NCBI GenBank assembly: GCA_964252035.1
Contig: OZ176200.1
Direction: 5' to 3' (one strand)
From: Podarcis erhardii
Taxonomy: Eukaryota
Length of the DNA: 64,000 nucleotides
Positions 1 through 14,090 of this stretch are shown here, piece after piece; the stretch's first letter is position 1, and each line of letters starts with the position of its first letter. The notes beneath the pieces were generated by a model. It did no database searches and was not told the origin of the DNA. It worked only from the letters and a program-made list of their open reading frames with translations. Made by a program: the position numbers and the translations under genes.

Positions 1-447
1 ATATCAGCTTGGAAGATGTACTGTAGCTTAACCTTTAGTAAAATCAACAAACAAGGAAATCGTTACCTTGTGGAAATCAGTGATCCCCCTCTGTGCAGCA
101 AGGATGCAACCCAAACATTTCCCTTGAAGTATTTAGGACTTTCAGTTTAAGGCTAAAAATAAGTGAACTTCATCCTGCAACATTTAACTTTCTATAAATA
201 TAAACCTGTATTTACCGGACTTCTGATAGCTGAGACACACACTTTTATTCTAAAATGAAACTGGAGAACCATTTCAGTCTTACACTTGAAGAAAAAAGTT
301 TACCTTTAAGTCGTGTAAGAGTTAAGAAATTACACGACACCCATCCCTTGACTTCTGTATCAGTCATTGATCTCAGTGTGCTTCCTAATTGGAAATTCAA
401 TGGAATTTACTCCCGGATAACTGTGCAAGGCTGCAAATATGCAGGGC

Positions 448-573
448 AATAATAATTATTATAATAATTATAATTTATTATTTATACCCCGCCCATCTGG
501 CTGAGTTTCCCCAGCCACTCTGGGCGGCTCCCAGTCGAGTATTAAAAACAATACAGCATTAAATATCCTATGC
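448..573 (-). mobile_element. L2-like LINE 3' end with (ATT)n tail
   Basis: Minus strand GCCCAGAGTGGCTGGGGAAACTCAGCCAGATGGGCGGGGTATAAATAATAAATT is a common squamate LINE terminus (family assignment from memory). Confidence 0.55.
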
Positions 574-825
574 ATCCTATGCATGCTTGTTTAGAAGTAC
601 ATATCATTGTGGCTTTCTCCCTAGTAAGTATGTTTTAAGGACTGTAGCCTCAGGTTTCTTATGTTTCTTATGGCACAGCACACAGAATGGAAATTACTGG
701 CATAGATGGAGACCTTTTGTGAGGGGACCATTTGTGCTTTCTTTACCTTGAAGCTAGGTTACTTGCCCATGGGCAAACTTCTGGGGAATGCATGTCAGTT
801 GTGGGAGCAGTCAAAGTGAATGTAG

Positions 826-826
<1 letters not shown>

Positions 827-856
<30 letters not shown>
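827..856. repeat. (CA)n microsatellite
   Basis: Direct reading. Confidence 0.95.
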
Positions 857-858
<2 letters not shown>

Positions 859-1220
859 ACTATCTATCCTCCATCCAGGCAAGCAAGAAGTATTATCACA
901 GCTCAAGGGACATTCCAGCCATATGTAGTGGCAGATGCAGAGCATGGCTGTTGAGGGTCATGGCCAGTGGGTGAGTGTCCTGTACAGAGTCCTGAGGGCT
1001 AGAAGGTCCCATTCATCCCCTAGGCCTAAGGTGCTCCACCCCTGGTATAATCCAAGGAACCCTCTCCAAATATCACATCCTATTATAATGACCCAACACA
1101 AACAACACGGAAAAGGAAAGAGGCAGGAATAAAAAATGGATTCTCTAACCTGCAGAGCAATAAGAAACTGTAGATTTTATCCTCATCAGTCAGTCTTTTA
1201 GAAAAAAAGAATGTTATAAA

Positions 1221-1372
1221 ATCATAGAACTGTAAAATTGGAAGGGACCCTGAGGGTCATCTAATGCAGCTCCCTGCAGCAGAGGAATCCTGCCCACAGC
1301 TTTCCCTCGGTGGGTTCAAACCACCAACCTTTTGGTTAACAGCCACATGCACTAAACCACAGCACCACAGGA
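1221..1372 (-). mobile_element. tRNA-headed SINE with CR1-like tail
   Basis: Same GGGTCCCTTCCAA...TTCTATGAT tail as 48475; B-box-like GGTTTGAACCC. Confidence 0.7.
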
Positions 1373-1588
1373 GGACCCCAAGATGTATGTAACTAGTCAA
1401 TAAAATTTCCACTGCTGTTCCTAAATAAAAGAACATCCATGTGTCTTTTACTTATAAAGTTGCCTGGGTGGTTTAAAAATTTCCTGGGTGGCTTACAAGC
1501 AAGACATTATTTAAAAAATACTGAATTAATAATTAAAATCAATAAAAGACGAAAACTATATTTGCAACAGCAACAGCATAAATAGTCT

Positions 1589-1695
1589 GTAGCCAACTAA
1601 ATCCTACTCGAAGTTAGACCCGTTGATATTGATGTAATAAATTTAAGTCCATTGGTTTCAATTGGTCTACTCAGAGTATGTCTTATTTGGATACA
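1589..1695. repeat. Degenerate hairpin element, same family as 11545
   Basis: Arms share AGTAGACC / GGTCTACTCAGAGTA motifs in inverted orientation. Confidence 0.6.
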
Positions 1696-2672
1696 ACCTA
1701 CAGCCTGGATTATACTGCAATAGCCCACAGTAGCCTAGAGCAGTATAAAACACAACTGCCAATTCAAATAGTTTGAACACCTTATTTCAAGTGCTAAAAA
1801 AAGATGCATTCACAACTGAGAAACAAAAAAATGCCCCCAAAATGTTAAGCAAGCATTATATATTTCTCTGTTTAGAAGACCAAAAAATACTTGATCCTTG
1901 GGACAGAAGAAATGTAAAATGATTGAGCATAATAGTATATAGTACATCCAAGTCTATTTAAATGTATATCTTATATAATAAAATGTGTGATGAAAAACAG
2001 AGCAGCTCTGAAGAATCATGACAACTTTGTTTTAAAAGAAAATCATAAAAAGATATCTGAAAAGTATGAATCCTTGAATTACTTCCTTCGACAACCTTTA
2101 TTTTGTTGCACTGGCATTGTTCGTAAGATGGATATACTAGAGCCCCAGGTTAATAAAGATGTACTAAGCTTTTTCTAGGGAATCCAGAGGCAAGTTAGCA
2201 AACATCAGCATAAAATATGAAAACTGAGTGATTCATCACCATCAACCCTGGATGTTTTTTAAACAGTTGGGGGGAAGTGGGGGGAGATTACACAGAACAG
2301 ATACCACATTAAGCCATAACTTAATAGCAGTTCAAGAAAGAGATCAGGATTTTAGCATGGAGAAGCAGCCAAAAATGTGAGGCACAGGAAATATGCCACT
2401 TTCATTTAGGAAAATAATGAAATGATGTTCAATATGACTATTTAAAACAATTGTCATCATAGCACTGAAAAATATACACTGCTGCTTTCTTTGGTAATAA
2501 TGCTACTACCAAGCAGATGTATTATGAAGATTATTTACATATTTTTTTTTTAGAAAAAGTAAAACTCTGTTGAGGCATTCTCATTGCCCAAGCAAGGCCA
2601 GTGCCACAGTCTAGAACAGTTAGGTACTCTTAAACCCATTGCTTTCATTGAGCTCCGCTAATTGTACCTATT

Positions 2673-3030
2673 GGGGGACGCGGGTGGCGCTGTGGGTAAA
2701 ACCTCAGCGCCTAGGACTTGTCGATCGCATGGTCGGCGGTTCGAATCCCCGCAGCGGGGATTCGGTCCCAGCTCCTGCCCACCTAGCAGTTCGAAAGCAC
2801 TCTTAAGTGCAAGTAGATAAATAGGTACCACTTTATAGCGGGAAGGTAAACGGCGTTTCCGTGTGCTGCTCTGGTGCCGGTTCGCCGGAGCAGCTTCGTC
2901 ACGCTGGCCACGTGACCTGGAAGTGTCTGCGGACAGCGCTGGCCCCCGGCCTATAGAGTGAGATGAGCGCACAACCCTAGAGTCTGTCAAGACTGGCCCG
3001 TACGGGCAGGGGTACCTTTACCTTTACCTT
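2673..3030 (+). mobile_element. Full-length Sauria SINE
   Basis: tRNA-like head (GGGACGCGGGTGGCGCTGTGG, B box GGTTCGAATCC), (ACCTTT)3 tail, perfect flanking duplication TAATTGTACCTATT (2659-2672 and 3031-3044). Confidence 0.92.
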
Positions 3031-3527
3031 TAATTGTACCTATTAAATTAGCTCCTCTATTTACCCCTTCCTGCTTCATCCCCCAACACCCCATCCAATC
3101 TTGTTGCAAAACGCCCAAAGAACACTTCTACTGGGGAGGGGAAGTTGGGAATGGGGTTCTGCCCATGCATATCCTGATCCGCACCTATTGCTTATTGCAG
3201 TCTTTGCCTTCTGAGTTCTAATTTGAATTATATTCAGGCTTGGAAACAGCACCAGGCAGCTCCCAGAAAATTTTATGATGGCAGGTACTTGACATTTGCT
3301 GGGAGTCAGTGTTCTGGAAATCCTTTTAACGTGCTGATCATATTGGGAAGTCACCAATTTGAAGAAGAAAAGAACCAAAACTTCTTTTTTTGCAAGTGGA
3401 ACCACCATAACCATGAAAAAAGTAGTGGATGACGGAAATGTAGTTGGGTCATTAGTGTTTAAACTACATACCATGGGAGAAAGTAATTGTCAAAGATTGG
3501 CAGTGTTGTATAGATTTAATACACCTT

Positions 3528-3764
3528 TGTCACGGCTAAAACGGCCACTGTTTCTTTAATGTGAATAAAGCTGGGTCAGCATGAGTCAGCGGCCTGCACC
3601 AGGTTGTATATATAGAGTGAGAAATGTTAGTTTGTTGCTGAGTTGGGTTGGTTGGTTGGTTGGTTAGTGTTGGTGTGTACAGTTGGTCAGTTGCTTTTGC
3701 ACAAAGACTTTTAAGAATAAAACTCTGCAAGGATACTTTTCTCATGGACTCTTTTATGCCGACA
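3528..3764 (+). mobile_element. Solo-LTR-like element in WT1 intron 4
   Basis: TGTCACGGC...GCCGACA termini, TGAGTCA at 3582, TATATATA at 3607, AATAAA at 3716; no direct TSD. Confidence 0.5.
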
Positions 3765-5083
3765 AGGGTCTGAGGACCAGGCTGAGGAGACAAAGGGAGG
3801 TCAGAACCCTTTCCTTTTTTTTTTTTTTTACAAACACCTTTTCTTTTTTGGCTTAGATTCAATAAGATCTTTTTTAAGGACCGGCTTTTTTTCAGAAGCC
3901 ATGCCAGGCTATGATGGGATAGGAAGGAGGTGAGAAAGCCCTGTTGTGAACAAAGAACACTGCATGCACTTCCATGCCAGTAAAATCAGGATAAAGAAAA
4001 GGTGGTATGCATGTGTGAACATGTGTGACCTCAGCATGACCTATTTCGAAAGAGTGTGAAACATTGCTGATAAGCCCTCGTGTGTTCCGGTTTATGATTA
4101 ATACATGGCTTTGAACCTCTGCAGTTATTTAAATATAGTTTATTGTATATCGCTTTGGATTTTTTTCAAAAAGAGAAAACCCATAACCCCACTTAGGATG
4201 GGGAAGGGATAGGCTGGCACAATCACCTCTCCACCAGCAGAGAGAAGTGGTGCTGGGTGGGGAGGCAGGTTCTGGGGCAGTAGAAACTCTGAGTTTCATC
4301 CTGGTGTGCGGAATCCAGCAGAAAACCCCCAAACAGGGCATGAATGGGGTCAGGGACTGAGGGCACCAGAGAGTTTGGATCTGCTAGATTCAAGTCTCCT
4401 CCCAATATGCCATCCTGGAGCTGACACACCAAAACAAAAAACAAAAAGACCTACTGCCTGCACCACCTTTCTGCCTGGCCAGCAAGAGGCAACCAGAGAG
4501 GCAGCAGTAAATTTGCCACTCCACATCTCCCTAGTCCCTTGTTAGAATTGCTCTGCCCACACGGCATTTATAAAAACTAGAAATCTCAGCAGTAGAAATA
4601 TAACAACTTATTCACAGAGCAGGGAATCCTAGCTTCTACTTTTTGTGTGCTTGTAGCATAAAAGAGGGTGGCTTAAAGTGGTAGATTAGCAGATAAATTG
4701 TGAAAAAGAAGCAGCAGATGAACCTCCCTTAGAATAACATATCATTTCCTTCTGTAGTTCTTTGTTATTAGTCCCACTGTTGTTCATTGACTTTTACACC
4801 ACTGGCAAGGGCTTGGCTTTTGTTTTTAATTGTATCTAGAATATTATGCACTTAATAAATAATAAGTCATCATCATAATTTTAAATGCATTTTTGTCAAA
4901 CACAAAATGAATGGTTTGGTTTAATTGCAATTTAATTTTAGGGTCATGTGAATTGATTATATTTGGAGTGTACTGTTTTAATATGAAAAAGAATTTATCA
5001 CCCACCTTTTACCAGCAGGTCTGAGGGTAGGTTTGGACAATTTGAGAATCAGTATTAAAAACAGTTAAATATAGCTGTGATTA

Positions 5084-5143
5084 CTGCATTGCAGGGAGTT
5101 GGACTACATGATCCTTTGGGTCCGTTATAACTCTGGTTCTATG
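5084..5143 (+). mobile_element. CR1-like tail fragment of the same SINE family
   Basis: CTGCATTGCAGGGAGTTGGACTACATGATCC...TTCTATG. Confidence 0.55.
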
Positions 5144-7701
5144 AAATCACAGTCTCAGGAGCAGGGTTAGGGTCCTGAAAAACACATCTCATTTGTGCAT
5201 GTGTGATTTTACCGAATGTCATATACATCACTTGATCTGTGTTTAAGGTTTACTCACAATGGAGCACATGAACTTGCTATTATTTCAGTGTCAACGATGC
5301 AGTGCCCACAGACACCAGCATGCCTGCTAGTACTTCCTATGGTGAAACGTGTCAGAATATATCTATTTCTTTATACAGTGTTTTACCAAATTTATAAACC
5401 TCTTTGCAGATTGAGGCCATCAAAGCAGTGTACAACACAATAAAAAGTAAGATAAATCCAAATTCTAAAAACAATTTAAACCACTTCTGCAAACTCTATA
5501 GATGTACAATTAATTTTTCACAAATGACTGGATCACACCTCAGGTGCCTAAACACTGGACACCCGTCTCATAATTAATTCCAGAGATCTGGAGCCGCAAC
5601 ACTAAAAGCCCAGTTTGTAAGTGGACTTCCAGGGCAGGTGATACTCTCAGCAGCACTGAATCTGGGGAGCACAGTTGCTGGACAGGGATATAGCGGTGGG
5701 CGTGGGGGTGGCTTAGGTAAGTTGTTTATGGTTCAAAAATACATGGTAACATGTTAGTTCTTCCTGCCCAGTTCCTTTTTTCACAGGCTCAGACTCTTCT
5801 ACGCTGAACACACCCCATTAAACTTCACTGGATTCCAGGATTGGATACCCACCTTCCCATTTGTTTTGAATGGAGGAGAGTTGCACAGAGTTCCTCTCTC
5901 TTGAGTGTGGCAGTGGCTGATTTGGGTACCTTTCCCACTAATTAATGGGGTTGCTGACAGGTGAGTGATATGCCCACACCATGTTTTGTTCCCATCTCCT
6001 TTTCTGCTCTTTTAGATGTGGTTGCGCCTTCAAAGTATCTACTGTGTGTTGTGCCACAACCATGGAACCATTTTGTGTTGCGTCACACCCCAATGGCAGC
6101 TGTTTTATGACTGGTGCCCATGGCACTTCCTCAAAATTCCAAGTGGGGCCCAAAGCTTGGTGACCCTTGAAGAGAGCTGTTCAAAGGACAGTGATTCCAA
6201 CTATGAGTGTGCACACAGCAATGATGGATGTAGCCCTTTCAGAAAATCATCAGACGTACTAAAACCAAGTGTTTGACAAGTTGGGGCCTAAATCCAGCAA
6301 CATCTACCTCTTCTGGAAGGCTGTTCCAGAAACTAGGTATGGAGATGATTTCAGTGTACACCACCCATCATTGTGTACTATTAGGGCTATGCCTATGTCC
6401 AATCACATATGCCCCCAAGCAGAATCTGCTATGGTACATTTTAAAAAAATCATTTCTCAGATTTTGAAAGCCTTTTCAAACATTTGTTGCAGTATAGTAT
6501 GGGAAGGAAATCTTAACTGAATCACATAGGAGAATGACAGCAAGTATATAAAGGCTAAAATCTGTGAAGAGATATATAGAAGCCACATATTTCAATGCAA
6601 AGAAGGATGCCAATATTCATTAAGTTCTTCAAGAAGGAGGGAAACATCTGAAACACTACACTCCTGGGAATCCCTTATGAACAGTCCATGTATTTTAAAG
6701 ATGTAAATCTTAGGAAGAGTAGCTTATGTTCATGGCAACTGAAACTGAAGGCGCTGTGTTTTGTAACTCTCTCAGCCAAAGAAGACAGATAACTATTTTG
6801 GCTCATATTACCAACGATGAGGCTATGTCTAGCTCTGATTTTCCACAGATTCTACAATCTTGGCCTATACCAAAACATTTAAATTGACTTTACCATAGAT
6901 CGTTCATCATGATTCCATCTTCTCTTTGCTTTTTCCTCCTAAACAACCCAGGTCGCATCACTGCTAAAAGTCTGCACTTATGGATGCATAGAATGCCATT
7001 TATTGTCTTCATTCTACTTTCAATATTTCTGTTTAAGCCAGGGGGTTTCCTCCTCCACCACCACTAAGATCCCTAAAGAGTAACCTCTTCCTTGCTTTAA
7101 TTACTTGGATCTCGGACAAGGTTTATATGCTTCTTCATTTTGCAGGATATTTTCTCTAGAAGAGACAAAACATCATATCTAAAGAGGAAATTGCAAACAA
7201 TGAAGGAGAAAAGTCCGAAATGGCCTCCAAAAAAAAAAAAGGGCAGAAGTGGGTATTGTATTGAGATTTTTTTTTAAAAAAATCAAAACCATGTAATGTG
7301 ATGGATTGTTGATAAACTGGGTATTCTTTCCATTTTTTCTCTCCTGTGAGTTACATGCCAGATGTCAAAGGTACTGCTGGAAACATTGGCCTCAGTTCAT
7401 TACCATGTTACCGTTACATTTTACATTACTATTTAATGTGAATTTTAACCTGCACATTTTATTTTGCAATGTAACAAGTATCATATCTGAATGGGATGCA
7501 AGAGTACATTATTATTGTTATTGTTGTTGTTATTATTATTTATTTGTATCCTGCATTTTTGCCTGACAGGCTCATGCAAGTCTGCAAACACATTACATGG
7601 GTCATACAATAATGCTCACCAAGGAAGTAGCTAAAGAATCCTTTAATCAGTTGGAGGTATGTGCTGTTAATATTATTCCCATCTGTGCTCAAACTATCCA
7701 G

Positions 7702-7830
7702 CAGAGATGGGAAAACTGTGATCTTCCAGATGTTGTTGGGTTTGCACTTCCATCAGCCCCAGCCAGTGGTCAGGGATTATGGCATTTGTGGTTCCATAAC
7801 ATCTGGAGGGTCATGGGTTCCCAAGCCCTG
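7702..7830. mobile_element. Degenerate palindromic MITE; a related copy lies at about 62590-62718
   Basis: CCAGATGTTG...ACATCTGGAGG inverted internal arms and GCTGGGGCTG-type core shared with the 62.6 kb copy. Confidence 0.5.
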
Positions 7831-8924
7831 CAACAGAGGATATAACAGTTTGCTACATCCTAGGAGTAGGGCTTATTTGTTTTTATAAGCTTACCAAGAT
7901 GAATAAGTAGCATCATTAACTTCCGTTTATCCGCAACGGATTGCAACCACACCACTGAGATAACTACAGGTTTCGATTTTCAGTCATCTTAGCATGACTT
8001 TATATGTAGCAGTTTCCATATAATAAATGACACGTTTTCTCAGTGCTGCCATAGCAACATAAACAATGCATTCCATCATACTGTTCTCACTGTAAATTTG
8101 CTTACTGGCCCAATTTTATTTCCTTTCTTTTTTAAGGGAGGGGGGGTCTCCTGATGTCCAACACACAGAAAATGAGCTGAAATAGAAAAAGTGTTGTTTT
8201 TCAATTGCTAGCATATGCAGTGCTGAATCATTTGAAACAAGTAGCACTGAATAAGAGTGCTATCTAATAATGCTACCTCCCCATAATTAGATAGTATACA
8301 TTTTGGTTAAGATTTCCAGTGACATGTTAGGATATCTCTTGCACTATAGGTTAATCCATTTCTGTTTAGTGTCATGTCAAACTCACATTACTTACACTCT
8401 ATCTTTATTTAGTTTTCAGCTCATTCCAGGGCTTCTGTATAATAAGTACATACTATGTCTGCACATGCTGGATTGGGGGGGGGGGAGAGACCTGGATGAG
8501 CAACTACTTCTTCATCTTTATGTCTCCCTTCCCACTTTTTTTTTTCTTAGAAAGAATCTCTTGACAATAATTGATTATGTGTGGATGGGGAATGCTCAGA
8601 TCTAATTTTTCATGCTTCTGTTAGGGCTTGGTTTCAACAAATACACAAAGCATAGTCAGGAAAAACTAATTCAGAACCTCAAATGAGAGGGTGTGGAGGA
8701 ATTCCAACACAGAGAAATGTGCACTTAACACGCGTTGGTCTCAGTGAGATTAAGTGAGACTAACTCTTCCAGTTGCAGCTAGGCTGTTTGAACTGTGGTA
8801 TTTCAGTCCACAAATAAATATTGTTAAAAGATAGGATAAGGAATTTTGCTTTTCTTCAAACCAAAATTATTTTCAACATGCTAACATCAGAAGGATCCAA
8901 CTATTAGCTATTACCTTAGGTACT

Positions 8925-9181
8925 ATTAGTACCTTAGGTTATAGACGCCTCGGGTTACAAACACTTTGGGTTACAAACACTTTGGGTTACAGACTCCGCT
9001 AACCCAGAAGTAGTACCTCGGGTTAAGAGCTTTACCTCAGGATGAGAAGAGAAATCATGCGGTGGCGGTGCAGTGGCAGCAGGAGGCCCCATTAGTTAAA
9101 GTGGTACCTCAGGTTAAGAATGGTTTCAGGTTAAGAACGGACCTCCAGAACAAATTAAGTTCGTAACGAGAGGTACCACTG
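8925..9181. mobile_element. Tc1/mariner-type MITE, copy D (left end degraded)
   Basis: Body and right TIR GAGGTACCACTG-TA match copies A-C; left TIR eroded. Confidence 0.8.
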
Positions 9182-11218
9182 TAGTTAATTAATACTGATC
9201 AATCTTTTTAAAAATAAAATAAAATGCTGCAGCTTTACTCTCAGAAGATGCAAGTAAACACCATGCCAGAAAAAAGCAATTACTGGTACATATAAATGAA
9301 AATAAAGCAATTATAATTATTTAAAATATAGTGAATCATTTTTTTTCATAGATTTGTGAAAATGCATTTTCTTATTTTCTCTCAAATGTTGATTTCAAAT
9401 CTACACACCAGATACAAATATCATTTATAAATCACACAGTCGAAAGGTTCTACTCCACCAAAACATGCTAGCCAACATTAAATTCTGTGAGTTGTCCTCT
9501 GATTGCTATACTTATAATGACCTTCATCTCCCCACTTTGTTCAAACTTCAGGAAAGAAAGGAGTGCACTGTCCATAACCGCCCCCATATCCTGCCTGCAG
9601 CCTCATCAAATATCTTTAGTAGCATGTGGCTCCTTCAAGAAGGACTTCCTGCTTCCAGGGTAACAGGAAACAATTTCTGGGCAAGCAGTGGCCAGACTGG
9701 AGCCCACTCCCTACAGGTGGGAGAGAACAACAGTCTGGTCCATAGGGAGGAAGCTAAGGAAAATGGGAGGGACAGCGGAAAAGCAAAGGCAAAGGATGTA
9801 AGATCTATGAGAATCCAAGGTAATAAAAGGACGCGAGAGACGGAAAAAGTATAAAGAAATGGGGAGGAAGATTAAAATAAGACATTTAAAAAGGGATGGC
9901 GAAAAGGAAAGCGTGGGCTGTGGCATTGTTACTGTCAGGAGCCACTGTGGCTGGAACCGGGAGCCACTTTGGCTTTGCCCTGAGCTCTGTTGCTCTTTGT
10001 GTGAGCAAGCAAGGCCACAGACTAAAATCATCTCCAGGCCCATAGTCCTGCCTCAGGCTCCAAAGTGACACAGCCCATCCAAGCAGACCACTGGTCTCTT
10101 CTGACCTGGCAAAGCTGTAAAAGCTTCCAGATCAGCTTTAGGGTTTCCCCTCTTTGGGGCCAGTTGACAGAAAATTAAAGGGCCAAACGATTTTTTCCCC
10201 ACCTATCCACCCTCCATTATGTATCATAAGTAAATAAAATCCTGTTGTATTGGACCTTGCCTCCACACCCTTTCCAAACTGATGAACTTTAGCACTTGGG
10301 TCCATTCCAAACCCAGAGAACTCAATTCCCCAACCCCAGGCATCACCCAGACCCCAACATCTGGTATTCAGGCTTGGGTTTATACTAGACAATAGTCAGC
10401 TTGGCCTTTTCTATGTGGTTACTATGCCCAAACTTTATTTTTCTGTCTGCTGGCCCTGTTCCTAGGTACTCTCCATCTCGCCAGCTCCCTGCGACACAGC
10501 CCTGCAGTTTTGGGAGGGCTGGATGCAGTAGGCACAGATTTTGATCAGGTCCATTTATGGAGTTATTCTAAAGAGCTGCAAGTTTATTCAAGGTGTATGG
10601 TTTTGTTAAGAAATGCTGGTGAAAAATAGTGTCATTGTTCTGAAAGTCACCCCCAAAATAAAAAGGATGAATACCATCCAGATCAATGAATGAATGCTGT
10701 CACAGCCAAGGCATCTATGGGACTATAAGGCTGCAGTCATATATGTTCTTACATGAGAATAAGTTCAACTGAACTCAATGGGACTTACTTTTGAGTAGAC
10801 ATAAATAAGATTTCACTGTACATCAATGGATACTGTAAATCTACATGATTACACCAGTGTAAGTGAAAGCGTGATTATCGGAAGTGCTTATGACTGCACC
10901 ATATTTTTTTCAAATGTTATAAAATGAATGCAATCCACACCTATAATGTGTTATGTAAAAGATTCTAGCTCATAACAAATTAGATAATATTGCTCTCTTG
11001 TGCCCTTTAACTGCTTAACACGCTCAAGAAAAAAATGGTTTTATTGAGCATTTCAAAATCTAACACACACAAACATAAACAGCCATGTCAGTGACAAATA
11101 TCCACATGCTAAGAAGTTTAATATTTTGATAAGTCGTTTTATCAAAAAATAAATTACGGTATTTCATAATTCTGCAATATAAGATTGATTTAAAAACAAA
11201 ACAAAAACATAAACCTTA

Positions 11219-11344
<126 letters not shown>

Positions 11345-11544
11345 TCAAATAATTTGTTTTAACTGAGAAGCAATATTCTTATTTTCTTCTTTAAAAAGAA
11401 ATTCAAAAATAAAGGTAAACCAGTTTAAAGTAATTTATTGCTTTGCCAACATGGTGCTTATCTGTAAGGCTGAATTAAAAAGAAAGAAAAGAATGAAAAA
11501 AGAGGAGAATATCAGAGGAAAATATATCATACTACTTTCAGGGT

Positions 11545-11655
11545 AGCATTCAACTAAGTTTTATTTAGAATAGACTCACTGAAATTAATGAACAAGACTA
11601 AGTTAAGGTCATTAATTTCAGTGGGTCTACTCAGAGTAACACTTAGTTGAATACT
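11545..11655. repeat. Long imperfect inverted repeat (about 47-bp arms)
   Basis: AGCATTCAACTAAGTTTTATTTAGAATAGACTCACTGAAATTAATGA pairs with TCATTAATTTCAGTGGGTCTACTCAGAGTAACACTTAGTTGAATACT. Confidence 0.85.
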
Positions 11656-12413
11656 TCCCTTATAGTGTTTTTAAAATGTCCATAAAATATGATATAACGA
11701 AATTAGTTCTGCAAAGAAGAAAAACATTACATGCAATTAAATTACAGTATTTATAGACCCATAACAGAAAATTATTGCTTTGGGGGAGCTGGGGTGGAAT
11801 TCAGTATCATGCTCTTTTGATCTGAACTCCCCTCTCCTTCCCCCATGTGATGTTCTGGGGGTTCTCCAGGATCCCTCCTCATCAACTTTTAGGGGTGTGG
11901 GGGTATGGAGGAGGAGAGGACGGGAAGCCCTATAATGCAAGCAGAAGTCCTTCTGTAGGGCTTCCGCTGATGGGGCTTGTTAGCTCAGTTCCACCTATAT
12001 TTTTTTACTCTTCAATGAAGACTGCAATAGTTAATTAACTGAAACAGCTATAGGGATAGGTGATTAATATTGCTTCATAAAGTAGCTTGACTCCAAGTAA
12101 AAAAAACCCATAAGAACCTGAACTTCAAACTGGGCTCCACCAGCTATGAAGTTTGTGAACACAAATGCTTTTTATTGTTTCACTTTTATTATTATTAAAA
12201 CATTCTTAGACAACATCACCTTAATGTTATTAATATAATATCTGGTGACTATTCTTGGGGCATTGACGTGGGCAAAAGGTGGTATGTAAATGTTTCTATT
12301 TTTAAACAGGAGAACTAAAATAGCTGCAAGACCCATTACATGATTGTCATTGGACACTTCCAGCCCATAACAGCAGGTTAGTACTGTAGTGATCCAAGCA
12401 AATACTTACTGCA

Positions 12414-12575
12414 CATAGGTGCTAACTCCCTGAGGCCCTGGGTGCCCAAGCACCCACAAAATTACTCACGAAGGGGCCATGCACCTACAAATTTTGGTTC
12501 TAGGGTCATGCATGCTGCATGGGCACCCACAGCCCCAGGTACCCACAGTCACAGGGCCAAGCTGGTGCTCCTATT
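12414..12575. mobile_element. Degenerate hAT-type MITE
   Basis: Starts CATAGGTGCTAACT, like the TIR of the 14773/43611 family; no TSD found. Confidence 0.45.
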
Positions 12576-13769
12576 CTTTCAGAGGACTAATTATTACATG
12601 GAAATGCTCCCATTTCCTTGGAGCTCTTAGGACAAAAGTACTGATGTACAAACAGCTAATATCAACTTTTTTACAAGTTGCTAAAGGAACCTTCCTGACG
12701 AAGGAAAAGAAGTTACCTTCCTTGATTCTCATTCATACTTGCATCAGGGGTAGGATAACTTAAAGCCCCAGGGCCATATCAGGCACCCCAAGGCTTTCTT
12801 GCAGCCTGCACATAGCCCTGCTCTGCTATCAGGCATCCATTTGCCCCTGTTCTTTGTTATCAGAAAACATTATTCTGGGGAAAGTCTTGGTGTGCTGCTC
12901 GTTCACTGTGAATTTTGAGATACAGATAGATAGAGGTAGAGACAGATACACACAAACACACACACACCACTATAAATCACCAAACCTTTCTAAATTTAAT
13001 TAGAACTAATTTCACTCAAATATATATTTTTATACCATTTTCCCTTCAGATTTCACTGGACCGCTTTTAATATACGTACACCCTTAGAAGCAAAGAAATA
13101 AAGTTAAATGACTTCAGCTGCGAAGTATGCGTAATATCATTTGTCATTACCGCTGAATACTATTATTCATGAGAGTGTCTAAACTGCTATTATGTGACTA
13201 CAATGTCCTGCATATCAGCTCAGAAATTGTTAAGACTCTCCTGCAGTTTCCCCATTTGCAACAGCAGCTCGTGCTGGTCTGTGCCACTACATCTTGCAAT
13301 TCCATGAATTCTTCCTGTAATGCTGATGTAATTAATTCCTCCAGGGCCCTGATTTTTATTAGAAGCGCCAGACCTCTGCATTTACAGCAGGAGATTTTCC
13401 TTTAACTTTATTTCATTTGACAGTTCATTTATAAGGGCCTCCTCCACAAGATCTCCTTTTTTCCTTCATTTGCTTTTTCATCAAGTAATACACTTACTCA
13501 TCTTGTCACCAGCAGAAAGCCACTCAGGTTGCCAGGTCCAGGCCCTGAAATGACTTGTATGTATATTTTTATGAGTTACACTGAATGAAGATTTCTGCTA
13601 GGGCAGCATTTTCATCTTGCAGTGCAGTAGTGACAGGAGTAGCCAGACCATATGCGGTTTTTGCTTGAATGGAAAACCCATTTTTATATATGTAGATACA
13701 GGAGAGGGCAATTGCCAAAAGGATTTAGAACTCAGGACAATTTTTGAACTCAGGCACAGGTTGCAGTAT

Positions 13770-14090
13770 CTTAAGAACCTAAGCAGAAGTCTGCTAGATC
13801 AAAGTAGGGATCCACTGAGTCCAGCATACAGCTTCCCACAGAGGCTAACCAGATACCCACTGGGAAACCACAAATAGGTCATGAAGGAAGGCAATACATC
13901 TCAAACTGTTGCTTATGAACAAGCAGGTTCCAGGTAGCCATCATAACTAATAACCATTGATAGAATGACTCATGGAGCAAAATCAGCCTAACTGCCTTTC
14001 AAAGCCATCTAACCTAATGGTTGTCACCAAATTAAATAGCAGTGAGTTCTATACATTAATTATGCTTTTGTGGAGTACCTAGTTTCTCCA
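13770..14090 (-). mobile_element. Old CR1 LINE 3' fragment
   Basis: TAAGAACCTAAGCAGAAGTCTGCTAGATCA...GAGTCCAGCAT resembles the reverse complement of CR1 3' ends. Confidence 0.5.
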
